Positions 35,573 through 43,538 of a DNA stretch of 43,538 nucleotides are shown here, piece after piece (the first letter of the stretch is position 1; each line of letters starts with the position of its first letter). Position numbers and translations under genes: made by a program. The stretch is from Phycisphaerales bacterium JB059. GTDB taxonomy: Bacteria > Planctomycetota > Phycisphaerae > Phycisphaerales > UBA1924. Below the pieces are notes generated by a model, which saw only the letters and a program-made list of their open reading frames with translations, did no database searches and was not told the DNA's origin. The stretch spans positions 1-43,538 of the forward strand of contig JBITAG010000044.1 in NCBI GenBank assembly GCA_044439985.1, written 5' to 3'.

Positions 35573-36100
35573 ATGGCCGAGGACGAGAAGAACGAAGCCT
35601 CCGAAGGCGCGTCCAAGAAGAAGCCCCCGATCATCATGCTCGCGGTCGTCGCGGTCCTGATGGTCGCCGAGGCCGGCGCGGTCTTCCTGGTCGCCTCCAT
35701 GACCAAGGGGGGCAGCGCCGCCGCCGCCACCGAACTCGAGGGCCAGGTCGCCGAGGGGGACGAGGTCCACGAGGTCGAGCTGCTCGCCGAGCAGTTCCAG
35801 AACACCCAGTCCGGGCGTGTCTGGGAGTGGCAGACCGAGATCTACCTGAAGGTTCGCCAGAAGAACCTCGACGGGCCCCGGGGCGTCACCGCCACCCTCG
35901 AACGTCGCAACGCCGAGATCAAGGAGGGCATCGCCCTCATCTTCCGGCGCGCTCAGCACAAGCACCTCCAGGAGCCCGGGCTCCAGACCATCAGCCGACA
36001 GGTCACCACCTACGTCAACGAGGTCTTCGGGAACGACGCCGACGGCCTCCCCCGTGTCGAGCGGGTCGTGATCCCCGTCTGCAAGGGCTTCGAGGTCTAG
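35573..36100 (+). CDS. fliL: flagellar basal-body-associated protein FliL
   Basis: Lys-rich N-terminus, one TM ([22 protein letters not shown]), FliL-like periplasmic domain ([10 protein letters not shown]...[29 protein letters not shown]). Confidence 0.8.
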   Translation: MAEDEKNEASEGASKKKPPIIMLAVVAVLMVAEAGAVFLVASMTKGGSAAAATELEGQVAEGDEVHEVELLAEQFQNTQSGRVWEWQTEIYLKVRQKNLDGPRGVTATLERRNAEIKEGIALIFRRAQHKHLQEPGLQTISRQVTTYVNEVFGNDADGLPRVERVVIPVCKGFEV

Positions 36101-36257
36101 TCCAACGCCCGGACCGCGCACTTTTTGCGCTCCCCGGCCGATCCCGCGCACGGGCGTCCGCAAAACTGGCCGAGCCGGTTGTCGATGCCCGATGAGCGTG
36201 TCGCGAGGGCGGTCCCTCGCGCCGAGGCGGCGGAGCCGCACACCACGCGAGGCCAGG

Positions 36258-36725
36258 ATGCCCGACGAAGACCCCCCCCCCCAGACCCCCCCACCGGACG
36301 CCGAAGGCTCCGTCGAGGAATCGCTCGACGAGGCCAAGGCCACCGTTGAAGACACCCAGGCCCAGGTCGACAGCGCGAACGCACAGGCCCCCGACGGGGA
36401 GCCCAACGCCTTCGCCATGCCCGAGTTCTCCTCCCCGGGCGCCAACGCCAACCCCGCCTCGATCGATCTGCTCTCCGACGTCAATCTGAACGTCAAGATC
36501 GAACTCGGTCGCACCCGCCTGCTCGTCGAAGACGTCCTCAAGCTCGGCGAGGGCGCCGTCGTCGAACTCGACAAGCTCGCCGGCGACCCCGTAGACATCT
36601 ATGTCAACGAGCGCCACGTCGCCCGCGGCGAGGTCCTCGTCCTCAACGACAACTTCTGCATCCGAGTCTCGGAGATCCTCGACGGCATCGGTGACGCGGC
36701 CCGCGAGGCCAGCGGCGCCGCCTGA
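36258..36725 (+). CDS. fliN: flagellar motor switch protein FliN
   Basis: SpoA/FliN domain [71 protein letters not shown]. Start placed at ATG 36258 (GAGG 7 nt upstream). The 22 extra codons from ATG 36192 are Arg-rich and look non-coding. Confidence 0.9.
   Translation: MPDEDPPPQTPPPDAEGSVEESLDEAKATVEDTQAQVDSANAQAPDGEPNAFAMPEFSSPGANANPASIDLLSDVNLNVKIELGRTRLLVEDVLKLGEGAVVELDKLAGDPVDIYVNERHVARGEVLVLNDNFCIRVSEILDGIGDAAREASGAA
36272..36282 (+). repeat. C11 homopolymer (followed by AGA and C7) at codons 5-9 of fliN
   Basis: Read directly: GAC CCC CCC CCC CAG ACC CCC CCA. Confidence 0.9.
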
Positions 36726-36778
36726 CCACTCCCCTCCCCGGGCGTCGGAGCACGCCCCTCGCTCGCCAGGATGGCGCC

Positions 36779-37699
36779 ATGTCCCGCCCCCGCACGCTCG
36801 TTCTCCTGCTCGCCGCGCTCTCCCTCTCCGGTCCGCACGCCCGCGCGCAGGTCGGCCCGCTTCCCCCGGACACGGGCGAGCCGGCCCCCATCCCGGAGGC
36901 CGAGTGGGCCCGGCCCGTCGCCGACATCCACGCCGGTCCGTCACTCGACCAACCGGGCGAGCGGCCCGCGACCCGGTCCGCCGGCCCCGCCGATGAGTCC
37001 TCCATCCCGCTCGGCGCCCGGAAGGTCAGCGACATCCTCCCGCGTCTCTCCTCCCCCGCCGACGCGGACAGTTCGCAGACCCAACCGGCGCCCGTCGACG
37101 ACCGCGCCCCCTCCCGCCTCGCCGACGTCACCAAGACCGTCGGCGCCCTCGTCCTGGTCATCGCCCTCATCCTCGCCCTCGCCTGGGGGGTGCGCCGCGT
37201 CGCCCGATCGCAGGGGGGGCTCGGCGCCAAACTCACCGCGGGGGGACGCGCCCCCTCCGGAGTGCTCGAGGTGCTCGGCCGATACCCGGTCAGCCCCAAG
37301 CTCTCCCTTGTCGTGCTCCGCTTCGACCGCCGTGTTCTGCTCCTCGCCCAGAGCCACGCCGCGGGCGGGACCATGTCCACCCTCTGTGAACTCAACGACC
37401 CGAGCGACGTGGCCTCCGTGCTCGCCAAGACGAGCGACGCCGACGAGGTCAACTCCCTCTTCCGCGAGGCCATCGCCCACGCCGAGCAGGACGTCCGGAC
37501 CGCCCTGGCCCCGGAGACGCACGTCCCCCTCCACGAGTTCGACCCCGGCGTTCGCACCGTGACCGCCACGCCCGACGGCGACCGCGTCGAGCTGCTGCGC
37601 GACGACCCGCCGCCCGCCTTCGAACAGCACCCGCGCCAGGAGGAGATCAGCCCCCTCCGCCGACGCCTCGACGCGCTCCGCGCAGGGGTGGGGGTGTGA
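36779..37699 (+). CDS. fliO: FliO/FliZ-type flagellar export-gate assembly protein, unusually long
   Basis: Position upstream of fliP. Central TM VGALVLVIALILALAWGV followed by GVLEVLGRYPVSPKLSLVVLRFDRRVLLLAQS (FliO-like). Also has an N-terminal signal-peptide-like segment and ~100 extra residues on each side. Confidence 0.65.
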   Translation: MSRPRTLVLLLAALSLSGPHARAQVGPLPPDTGEPAPIPEAEWARPVADIHAGPSLDQPGERPATRSAGPADESSIPLGARKVSDILPRLSSPADADSSQTQPAPVDDRAPSRLADVTKTVGALVLVIALILALAWGVRRVARSQGGLGAKLTAGGRAPSGVLEVLGRYPVSPKLSLVVLRFDRRVLLLAQSHAAGGTMSTLCELNDPSDVASVLAKTSDADEVNSLFREAIAHAEQDVRTALAPETHVPLHEFDPGVRTVTATPDGDRVELLRDDPPPAFEQHPRQEEISPLRRRLDALRAGVGV

Positions 37700-38946
37700 T
37701 CCGTCTCGCGCTCTTCCTGATTCTGACCCTGGGCGTGCTCACCGGCGCGGCGCCCGCGCAATCGCTCGGCCCCCCCGTTCCCGCGAGCGCCGACCTTCTC
37801 CAGACCGCGACCGCGGCGGATCCGACGCGCCCCAACCCCGTCCGGATCCTCTCCGACGCCGCGTCGATCGTCCCCGGCCAGGCCGCCCGCGACGATCAGG
37901 GCGGGCTCTCGGTCGCGCTCAACATCATGATCCTGCTGACGGTGATCACCCTGGTCCCGTCGATCATGCTCATGACCACCTGCTTCATGCGCATCATGAT
38001 CGTGCTCGCGCTCGTCCGCCAGGCGATCGGCGCCCAGTCCATCCCCCCGCCCCAGGTCATCACCGGCCTGGCCCTCTTCCTCACTGCCATGGTGATGGCG
38101 CCCACCATCGACCGCGTCTGGAACGAGGCCGTCGTCCCCTACCAGAACGGCGAGGTCACCGACTACGAACAGCTCTGGGGTCTGGCCAAGCGTCCCATGC
38201 GCGATTACATGTTCGACCAGATCGAGGCCACCGGCAACTGGTCCAGCGTCTACATGATCCTCGACTACCGCGGCGTGGACACCTCCCGCCCCGACGAACT
38301 CTCCCGCGCCGACGTGGACATGATGACCCTCGTCCCCGCCTACATGCTCTCCGAACTCAAGGTCGGCTTTGTCATGGGCTTCAAGGTCTACCTCCCCTTC
38401 CTGGTCATCGACATGGTCATCGCCACCATCCTCATCTCCATGAGCATGATGATGCTCCCCCCCGTCCTCATCTCCCTCCCGTTCAAACTTCTGCTCTTTG
38501 TGCTCGTGGACGGCTGGACGCTGGTCGTCGGGAGCCTCCTCGAGAGCTTCGTCCAGGAGGGCGATTCGGCCCGGCTCAGCGCTCAGGCCGCCGCCATGCC
38601 CCTCGCCCTGCTCTTGTGCGTCCGCGTCGGACGCGGAGAAAGCCGACATGGAATACGACGAAACCATGGTCTTCATCGTGCGCGACACGCTCATCACCGT
38701 GCTGAAGATCGCCGCCCCCATCCTGCTCGCGGGCATGGTGATCGGCCTGATCATCAGTCTCCTGCAATCGGTCACGAGCATCCAGGACCAGACGCTCACC
38801 TTCGTCCCGAAGATCGGCGTGATGGTTCTCGTCGCCGCCGCCCTGCTCCCCTGGATCGCCCTGCGCCTCTACGAGTTCACCACCGAAATGCTCATGCTCT
38901 TCTGAAGCGCCTCACCCGACGCCCCGCCGGAACGAACGATGCATGA
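37696..38946 (+). CDS. fliP: flagellar export-gate protein FliP; ORF lacks a stop at the expected end and runs through fliQ
   Basis: GTG overlaps the fliO stop. Signal peptide plus an extension. Conserved FMRIMIVLALVRQAIG, PPQVITGLALFLTAMVMAP, YMLSELKVGF, FVLVDGWTLVVGSLLESF (ends near 38550). The first in-frame stop is TGA 38944-38946. The last ~100 codons are low-GC3 R/H/P-rich and overlap fliQ. Confidence 0.85.
   Translation: MIRLALFLILTLGVLTGAAPAQSLGPPVPASADLLQTATAADPTRPNPVRILSDAASIVPGQAARDDQGGLSVALNIMILLTVITLVPSIMLMTTCFMRIMIVLALVRQAIGAQSIPPPQVITGLALFLTAMVMAPTIDRVWNEAVVPYQNGEVTDYEQLWGLAKRPMRDYMFDQIEATGNWSSVYMILDYRGVDTSRPDELSRADVDMMTLVPAYMLSELKVGFVMGFKVYLPFLVIDMVIATILISMSMMMLPPVLISLPFKLLLFVLVDGWTLVVGSLLESFVQEGDSARLSAQAAAMPLALLLCVRVGRGESRHGIRRNHGLHRARHAHHRAEDRRPHPARGHGDRPDHQSPAIGHEHPGPDAHLRPEDRRDGSRRRRPAPLDRPAPLRVHHRNAHALLKRLTRRPAGTNDA
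38648..38905 (+). CDS. fliQ: flagellar export-gate protein FliQ (embedded in the read-through tail of the fliP ORF, +1 frame)
   Basis: 85 aa. GGAGAA RBS. VFIVRDTLITVLKIAAPILLAGMVIGLIISLLQSVTSIQDQTLTFVPKIGVMVLVAAALLPW is canonical FliQ. High GC3 in this frame. Confidence 0.9.
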   Translation: MEYDETMVFIVRDTLITVLKIAAPILLAGMVIGLIISLLQSVTSIQDQTLTFVPKIGVMVLVAAALLPWIALRLYEFTTEMLMLF

Positions 38947-39734
38947 ACACGCTCTACCCCTTCATGCACTACGCGGCGCCCTTCGCGCTCATCCTCGCCC
39001 GCATCTCGGGCGTCTTCCTCTTCACGCCCCTGCTCTCCGGCTCCACGCTCCCCGTCCGCGCCCGAGCGATGATCGCGCTCTCCCTCTCCGCCGCGGTCTT
39101 CTCCTTCGGGCCCGAGGCCGTCCGCGAGCTGCCACGCCTCGACCTGGTCACCTACGTCCCCCTCATGTTCTCCGAGGTCCTGCTCGGCGCCTCCATCGGG
39201 CTCATCGGCGGGCTCCCGCTCCTGCTCATCCAGCTCGCCGGCTACCTCATGGGCTACCAGATGGGACTGAGCATCGCGCAGACCTTCAACCCCAGCGTCG
39301 AGAGCCAGGGCGACGTCGCCGGCCAGCTCCTCTTCTACCTCGGCGTCAGCGTCTACGTCACCCTCGGCGGGCTCGACTTCCTCTTCCTCACCCTTCTCAA
39401 CACCTACGACAACGTTCCGATGGGCGCCTTCTCCGCCGACATGACCCCCGTCGATCTCCTCGTCGGTGTGATCCACGGCGGGTTCGAGATGGCGCTCAGC
39501 GTCGCCGCCCCCGTCCTGGGCATCATCACCCTGCTCCTTATCGCCATGGGCTTCATCATGAAGACCATGCCCCAGGTCAACGTCCTCTCGATCGGGTTCT
39601 CCGCGAAGATCCTCTGCGGCCTCCTCATGCTCACCTTCACCATCTTCCTTGTCGCCGAGATCACCCAGGACGAAACCGTTCGGGTGCTCACCGCCGTCCG
39701 GGACTGGGCCGAGTCGCTCAGGCCCCACAACTAA
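38943..39734 (+). CDS. fliR: flagellar export-gate protein FliR
   Basis: 263 aa, polytopic. FALILARISGVFLFTPLL N-terminus is typical of FliR. Confidence 0.9.
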   Translation: MNTLYPFMHYAAPFALILARISGVFLFTPLLSGSTLPVRARAMIALSLSAAVFSFGPEAVRELPRLDLVTYVPLMFSEVLLGASIGLIGGLPLLLIQLAGYLMGYQMGLSIAQTFNPSVESQGDVAGQLLFYLGVSVYVTLGGLDFLFLTLLNTYDNVPMGAFSADMTPVDLLVGVIHGGFEMALSVAAPVLGIITLLLIAMGFIMKTMPQVNVLSIGFSAKILCGLLMLTFTIFLVAEITQDETVRVLTAVRDWAESLRPHN

Positions 39735-39746
39735 GGAACCCACGAC

Positions 39747-40829
39747 GTGTCCGATGAGATGGGCGAACGCAGCGAGCAGCCGACGGCCAAGCGCCTCAGC
39801 GATGCGCGCAGCAAGGGCCAGATCCCACGCAGCCAGGACCTCGGCGCCGCCGCCGGTCTGCTCGTCGGCATCCTCACCCTCGCCGCCTTCGGCGGTACAA
39901 CGATGCAGTCCCTCGCGCGGATCATGGACCGCGTCCTCTCCGACGCCACGCCCGGCAGCCCCCTCAACGAATCCTCGATCATCCCCGCCGTCGAGTACGT
40001 CGCGGTCGAGGGCGCCAAGATCCTGGCGCCCCTGCTCATCATCGCCGCGCTCGGCGCTTATGTCACCCAGTACGCCCAGGTCGGCTGGATCATCAGCACC
40101 GAGCCGATCCGGCCCAAGCTCAGCAAGCTCGACCCGATCAAGGGAACCAAAAAACTCTTCAACAAGCGCAACCTCGTCAAGACCGTGGTCAACACGCTCA
40201 AGCTCATGGTGGTCATCCTCGTCTCCTGGCTGGTCATCATGGGCCGCATCGAGACGCTCGTCGCCGCCATGCAGCTCGACGCCGCCCCCGCGCTCTTCCT
40301 CGTCCTCCGCGTCGTGCTCGAGCTGGCGATCTGGCTCGTCCTTCTTCTGCTCGCGATCGCGGTGATCGACTACACCTACCAGCGCTGGCAGCACACCCAG
40401 GACCTGAAGATGACCAAGCAGCAGGTCAAGGACGAACGCCGAAGCATGGAGGGCGACCCGGAGGTCAAGGGGCGCCGCCTGAAGATGGCCCGGGAGATCG
40501 CCATGCAGCGCATCGCCAACGCGGTGCCTCAGGCCGACGTCATCGTCACCAACCCCGAGCACTTCTCCGTCGCGATCAAGTACGAGCAGGACGGGACCGG
40601 CGCCCCGCGCGTCATCGCCAAGGGCGCCGACCACCTCGCCCTGCGCATCCGGCAGCTCGCCCGCCTCGCCCACGTCCCGATCGTCGAACGCCCCCCCCTC
40701 GCCCGCGCCCTCTACTGGGGCGTCGAGGTCGGCCAGGAGATCGCCCCCGAGCACTACCAGGCCGTCGCCGAGATCCTCGCCTACGTCTACCGGATGAACG
40801 AACAGACCCCCGCCGCACGCTCCGCATAA
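39747..40829 (+). CDS. flhB: flagellar export switch protein FlhB
   Basis: SEQPTAKRLSDARSKGQIPRSQDL, KMTKQQVKDERRSMEGDPEVKGRRLKMAREI, autocleavage-site region VTNPEHFSVAIKY (NPEH instead of NPTH). Confidence 0.95.
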   Translation: MSDEMGERSEQPTAKRLSDARSKGQIPRSQDLGAAAGLLVGILTLAAFGGTTMQSLARIMDRVLSDATPGSPLNESSIIPAVEYVAVEGAKILAPLLIIAALGAYVTQYAQVGWIISTEPIRPKLSKLDPIKGTKKLFNKRNLVKTVVNTLKLMVVILVSWLVIMGRIETLVAAMQLDAAPALFLVLRVVLELAIWLVLLLLAIAVIDYTYQRWQHTQDLKMTKQQVKDERRSMEGDPEVKGRRLKMAREIAMQRIANAVPQADVIVTNPEHFSVAIKYEQDGTGAPRVIAKGADHLALRIRQLARLAHVPIVERPPLARALYWGVEVGQEIAPEHYQAVAEILAYVYRMNEQTPAARSA

Positions 40830-40846
40830 GGACCTGACCACTCCCC

Positions 40847-43015
40847 ATGGCGACTCCCCCCGCCAATACCGGCTTCACGCTCCCCGCATGGGTTCACCAG
40901 ATCGCGCGCCACCGCGGCCTGATCGTCCCCGTCGGCTTCGTCATGCTCCTGGTGGTCATCCTCGTCCCCCTCCCCTCCGCGGCCCTCGACATCCTCATCA
41001 GCGGCAACATCTCCCTCGCCGTCATCATCCTGCTCACCACGCTCTACATGAACAAGGCGCTCGACTTCAGCGTCTTCCCCTCCCTCCTCCTCGCCACGAC
41101 CCTCCTCCGACTCGTCCTCAACATCGCCTCCACCCGGCTCATCCTCACCGCCGACGCCGACTCCCCCGAGGCCGCCATCGGCGTCGCCGGCGAGGTCATC
41201 AGCGCCTTCGGCAGCTTCGTCGCTGGCGACAGCCTCTTCGTCGGCATCATCATCTTCGGCATCCTCATGATCGTGCAGTTCATGGTCATCACCAAGGGCG
41301 CCGGACGCATCAGCGAGGTCGCCGCCCGCTTCACCCTCGACGCCATGCCCGGCAAGCAGATGGCCATCGACTCCGAACTCTCCGCCGGCGTCATCAACGA
41401 GGACGAAGCGAAGCAGAAACGCGAGGACATCGCCCGCGAGGCCGACTTCTACGGCGCCATGGACGGCGCCTCCAAGTTCGTGCGCGGCGACGCCATCGCC
41501 GGCATCCTCATCACCGCCATCAACCTCGCCGGAGGCTTCGCCGTCGGCATGATCGAGAAGGGCTGGCCCGCCGACCAGACCGCCAGCGTCTTCAGCAAGC
41601 TCACCATCGGCGACGGCCTCACCAGCCAGATCCCCAGCTTCATCATCTCCATCGCCTCCGCCCTCATCGTCACCCGTTCCGGCTCCAAGGACGACCTGGG
41701 CACCGAACTCACCGGACAGCTCACCAGCCAGCCCCGCGGCCTCATCATCACCGCCTGCTTCCTCGCCCTCCTCGCCCTCTCACCCCTGCCCACGCTCCCC
41801 CTCCTCACGACCTCGATCGCCCTTGGCGTCCTCTCCGCGGGCATGATCATCTCCACCAAGCGCCGCGTCGAGGCCGAACGCGACGAGGCCATGGCCGAGG
41901 CCACCAACGCCCCCGCCCCCGAGGCCCCCCAGGTCGAGGAACTCCTCAAGGTCGATGTCCTCGAACTCGAGGTCGGGTACGGACTGGTCTCCCTCGTCGA
42001 TGCGCGCCAGGGCGGCGACCTGCTCGACCGCATCTCCGCCGTCCGACGCCAGCTCGCCGTCGAACTCGGCCTTGTCATGCCCCCCGTCCGCATCCGCGAC
42101 AACATGCAGCTCCACGCCAGCGAGTACCGCGTCAAGATCCGGGGCGCCGAGATCGCCCGCGGACGCGTCGAACCCACCAAGCTCCTCGCCATGGACTCGG
42201 GCGTCGTCACGGGGAAGATCCCCGGCGAGCAAACCACCGAGCCCGCCTTCGGGCTCGACGCATGGTGGATCGATCCCCAGCAGCGCTCCCGCGCCGAAAC
42301 CATGAACTACACGGTCGTGGAGCCCTCGAGCGTCCTCGCCACGCACATCACCGAGCTGGTCAAGAACCACGCCGAGGAACTCCTCACCCGCGAGGAGGTC
42401 AACAACCTCCTCGAAGGCCTGAAGGAAAAGGCCAAGAAGCTCGTCGAAGACACCGTGCCCGCCGTCGTGAAAGTGGGGGAGCTGCAGAAGGTCCTCCAGA
42501 ACCTGCTCAAGGAGCGCGTCCCCATCCGCGACATGGAGACCATCCTCGAGACGCTCGCCGACTGGGCCCCGAAGAGCAAGGACCTGGACATCCTCACCGA
42601 GTACGCCCGGCACGCCCTGCGCCGCACCATCTGTCAGCAATACGCCGCCCCGGACGAGACGGGCAAGCTCCGCCTGGTCTGCGTCACCCTGGACCCCACC
42701 TTCGAGGACCAGATCGCCGCGTACATCGACCGGGGCGCCGGGGCGACGACCGTCAACATGCCCGCCCGCGCCGCCGCCCAGTTCGCCGAGAAGATCATCG
42801 CCGCCCTCCAGCAGGTCACCGCCGCCGGCCACCGCCCCGTCGTCATCGCCTCGCCGCAGGTCCGGGCGGTCGTCCGCCAGGTCCTCGAGACCCGCCTCCC
42901 CGCCGCCGCCGTCCTCGGCTACAACGAGATCGCCGCCGGCGTCGAGGTCGAGTCCGTCGCCCTCGTCTCACCCGACACCCCTGCCACACCCCAGCCGGCG
43001 CAGGCTGTCGCTTAG
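40847..43015 (+). CDS. flhA: flagellar export-gate protein FlhA
   Basis: 722 aa. FHIPEP-family blocks GDSLFVGIIIFGILMIVQFMVITKGAGRISEVAARFTLDAMPGKQMAIDSEL and DFYGAMDGASKFVRGDAIAGI, plus the cytoplasmic FlhAc domain. Confidence 0.97.
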   Translation: MATPPANTGFTLPAWVHQIARHRGLIVPVGFVMLLVVILVPLPSAALDILISGNISLAVIILLTTLYMNKALDFSVFPSLLLATTLLRLVLNIASTRLILTADADSPEAAIGVAGEVISAFGSFVAGDSLFVGIIIFGILMIVQFMVITKGAGRISEVAARFTLDAMPGKQMAIDSELSAGVINEDEAKQKREDIAREADFYGAMDGASKFVRGDAIAGILITAINLAGGFAVGMIEKGWPADQTASVFSKLTIGDGLTSQIPSFIISIASALIVTRSGSKDDLGTELTGQLTSQPRGLIITACFLALLALSPLPTLPLLTTSIALGVLSAGMIISTKRRVEAERDEAMAEATNAPAPEAPQVEELLKVDVLELEVGYGLVSLVDARQGGDLLDRISAVRRQLAVELGLVMPPVRIRDNMQLHASEYRVKIRGAEIARGRVEPTKLLAMDSGVVTGKIPGEQTTEPAFGLDAWWIDPQQRSRAETMNYTVVEPSSVLATHITELVKNHAEELLTREEVNNLLEGLKEKAKKLVEDTVPAVVKVGELQKVLQNLLKERVPIRDMETILETLADWAPKSKDLDILTEYARHALRRTICQQYAAPDETGKLRLVCVTLDPTFEDQIAAYIDRGAGATTVNMPARAAAQFAEKIIAALQQVTAAGHRPVVIASPQVRAVVRQVLETRLPAAAVLGYNEIAAGVEVESVALVSPDTPATPQPAQAVA

Positions 43016-43084
43016 CCGCCCCGGTGGTGAGCTGTGCCCGAAGCGGGTACAGTGCGGCGGGCCTCAAGGCCAGGGACGGCGACC

Positions 43085-43538
43085 ATGCTCAAGACCTACA
43101 GCGCGCGCACCATGGCGGAAGCTCTCGCCCAGGTCAAGAACGACCTCGGCCCCGACGCGGTCATCGTGCATACCCGCTCTTTCCGCGTCGGAGGCGTGCT
43201 CGGCGTCGGCGCCAAGCCCGTCGTGGAGATCACCGCCAGCGACGATGCTTCCCTCGTCAAACCACCCACCAAGCGGGCGCCGACACGCGCCATCGCACGC
43301 CCACAGACCCCCGCGGCTCCCGATCACGACCCCCCGGCGAGCCAGATCGAGCCCAAGCCCGAGGCGCCCTCCCGCTCGCAGGAAGACGCAACCCCTGCGT
43401 TCCTCGGCGGATACATCCCCCCCGGCGCGTCGGCGCCCGTCTCCCGGCTCGTGGCCCCCCCGGCCTCGCCCCCCGCGCCCGCTCAGGCCCCCCGCCCTGC
43501 CGCGCCGGCGCCCACGCCCAGACCCGCCCCGGCGCCCG
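43085..43538 (+). CDS. flhF: flagellar biosynthesis GTPase FlhF (N-terminal part; 3' end beyond window)
   Basis: Not in the ORF track because there is no stop in the window. ATG 43085 gives MLKTYSARTMAEALAQVKNDLGPDAVIVHTRSFRVGGVLGVGAKPVVEITA (FlhF B-domain start), then a Pro/Ala-rich linker. Position after flhA. Confidence 0.8.
   Translation, partial: MLKTYSARTMAEALAQVKNDLGPDAVIVHTRSFRVGGVLGVGAKPVVEITASDDASLVKPPTKRAPTRAIARPQTPAAPDHDPPASQIEPKPEAPSRSQEDATPAFLGGYIPPGASAPVSRLVAPPASPPAPAQAPRPAAPAPTPRPAPAP

Noticed and set aside
36125-36349. 74-aa ORF, and the ATG 36192 extension of fliN, in the fliL-fliN gap
   Set aside because: Arg/Pro-rich translation and no RBS. The off-frame ORF overlaps the fliN start. 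ATG 36258 with a GAGG RBS gives a normal FliN N-terminus.

Overview
Very GC-rich bacterial chromosomal segment (about 70% G+C by eye, not computed). Real genes show a strong G/C third-codon-position bias, and the ORF track is full of long stop-free shadow ORFs. Gene content and a C-terminal GC-type dockerin-like tail suggest a Planctomycetota (Phycisphaerae-like) origin; this is inference only.

Three parts:
1. 0-12.4 kb, mixed-orientation housekeeping and envelope genes: a HEAT-repeat protein, a TraB/GumN protein with an embedded GspG-like domain, a TPR lipoprotein, a BNR/Asp-box protein with a dockerin-like tail, ispG, GNAT, Fur, PilZ, obg, hpf, an S4-less tlyA-like gene and lpxI.
2. 12.5-18.4 kb, five tightly packed same-strand genes of unknown function. 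All are predicted envelope or small proteins: a Cys-rich mini-protein, a 190-aa protein, a lipoprotein, a protein with a periplasmic domain plus an RDD domain, and an 822-aa membrane-anchored TPR protein.
3. 18.4-43.5 kb, one unidirectional flagellar super-cluster. Order: flgN-like, soluble histidine kinase, sigma-54 response regulator, flgB, flgC, fliE, fliF, fliG, fliH, fliI, fliJ, ylxF/flbB-position gene, fliK, flgD, TIGR02530-like gene, flgE, flbD, motA, motB, fliL, fliN, fliO, fliP, fliQ, fliR, flhB, flhA, flhF (3' partial).

Main oddities:
- fliP has no stop at its expected end and reads through all of fliQ.
- fliM is missing from its canonical slot.
- A sigma-28-like promoter with a G8 tract in its spacer sits upstream of the big TPR gene.
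- A FlgS/FlgR-like two-component pair is translationally coupled to a FlgN-like chaperone.
- A pseudopilin globular domain is inserted in a TraB/GumN protein.

I found no rRNA, tRNA, CRISPR array or mobile element.
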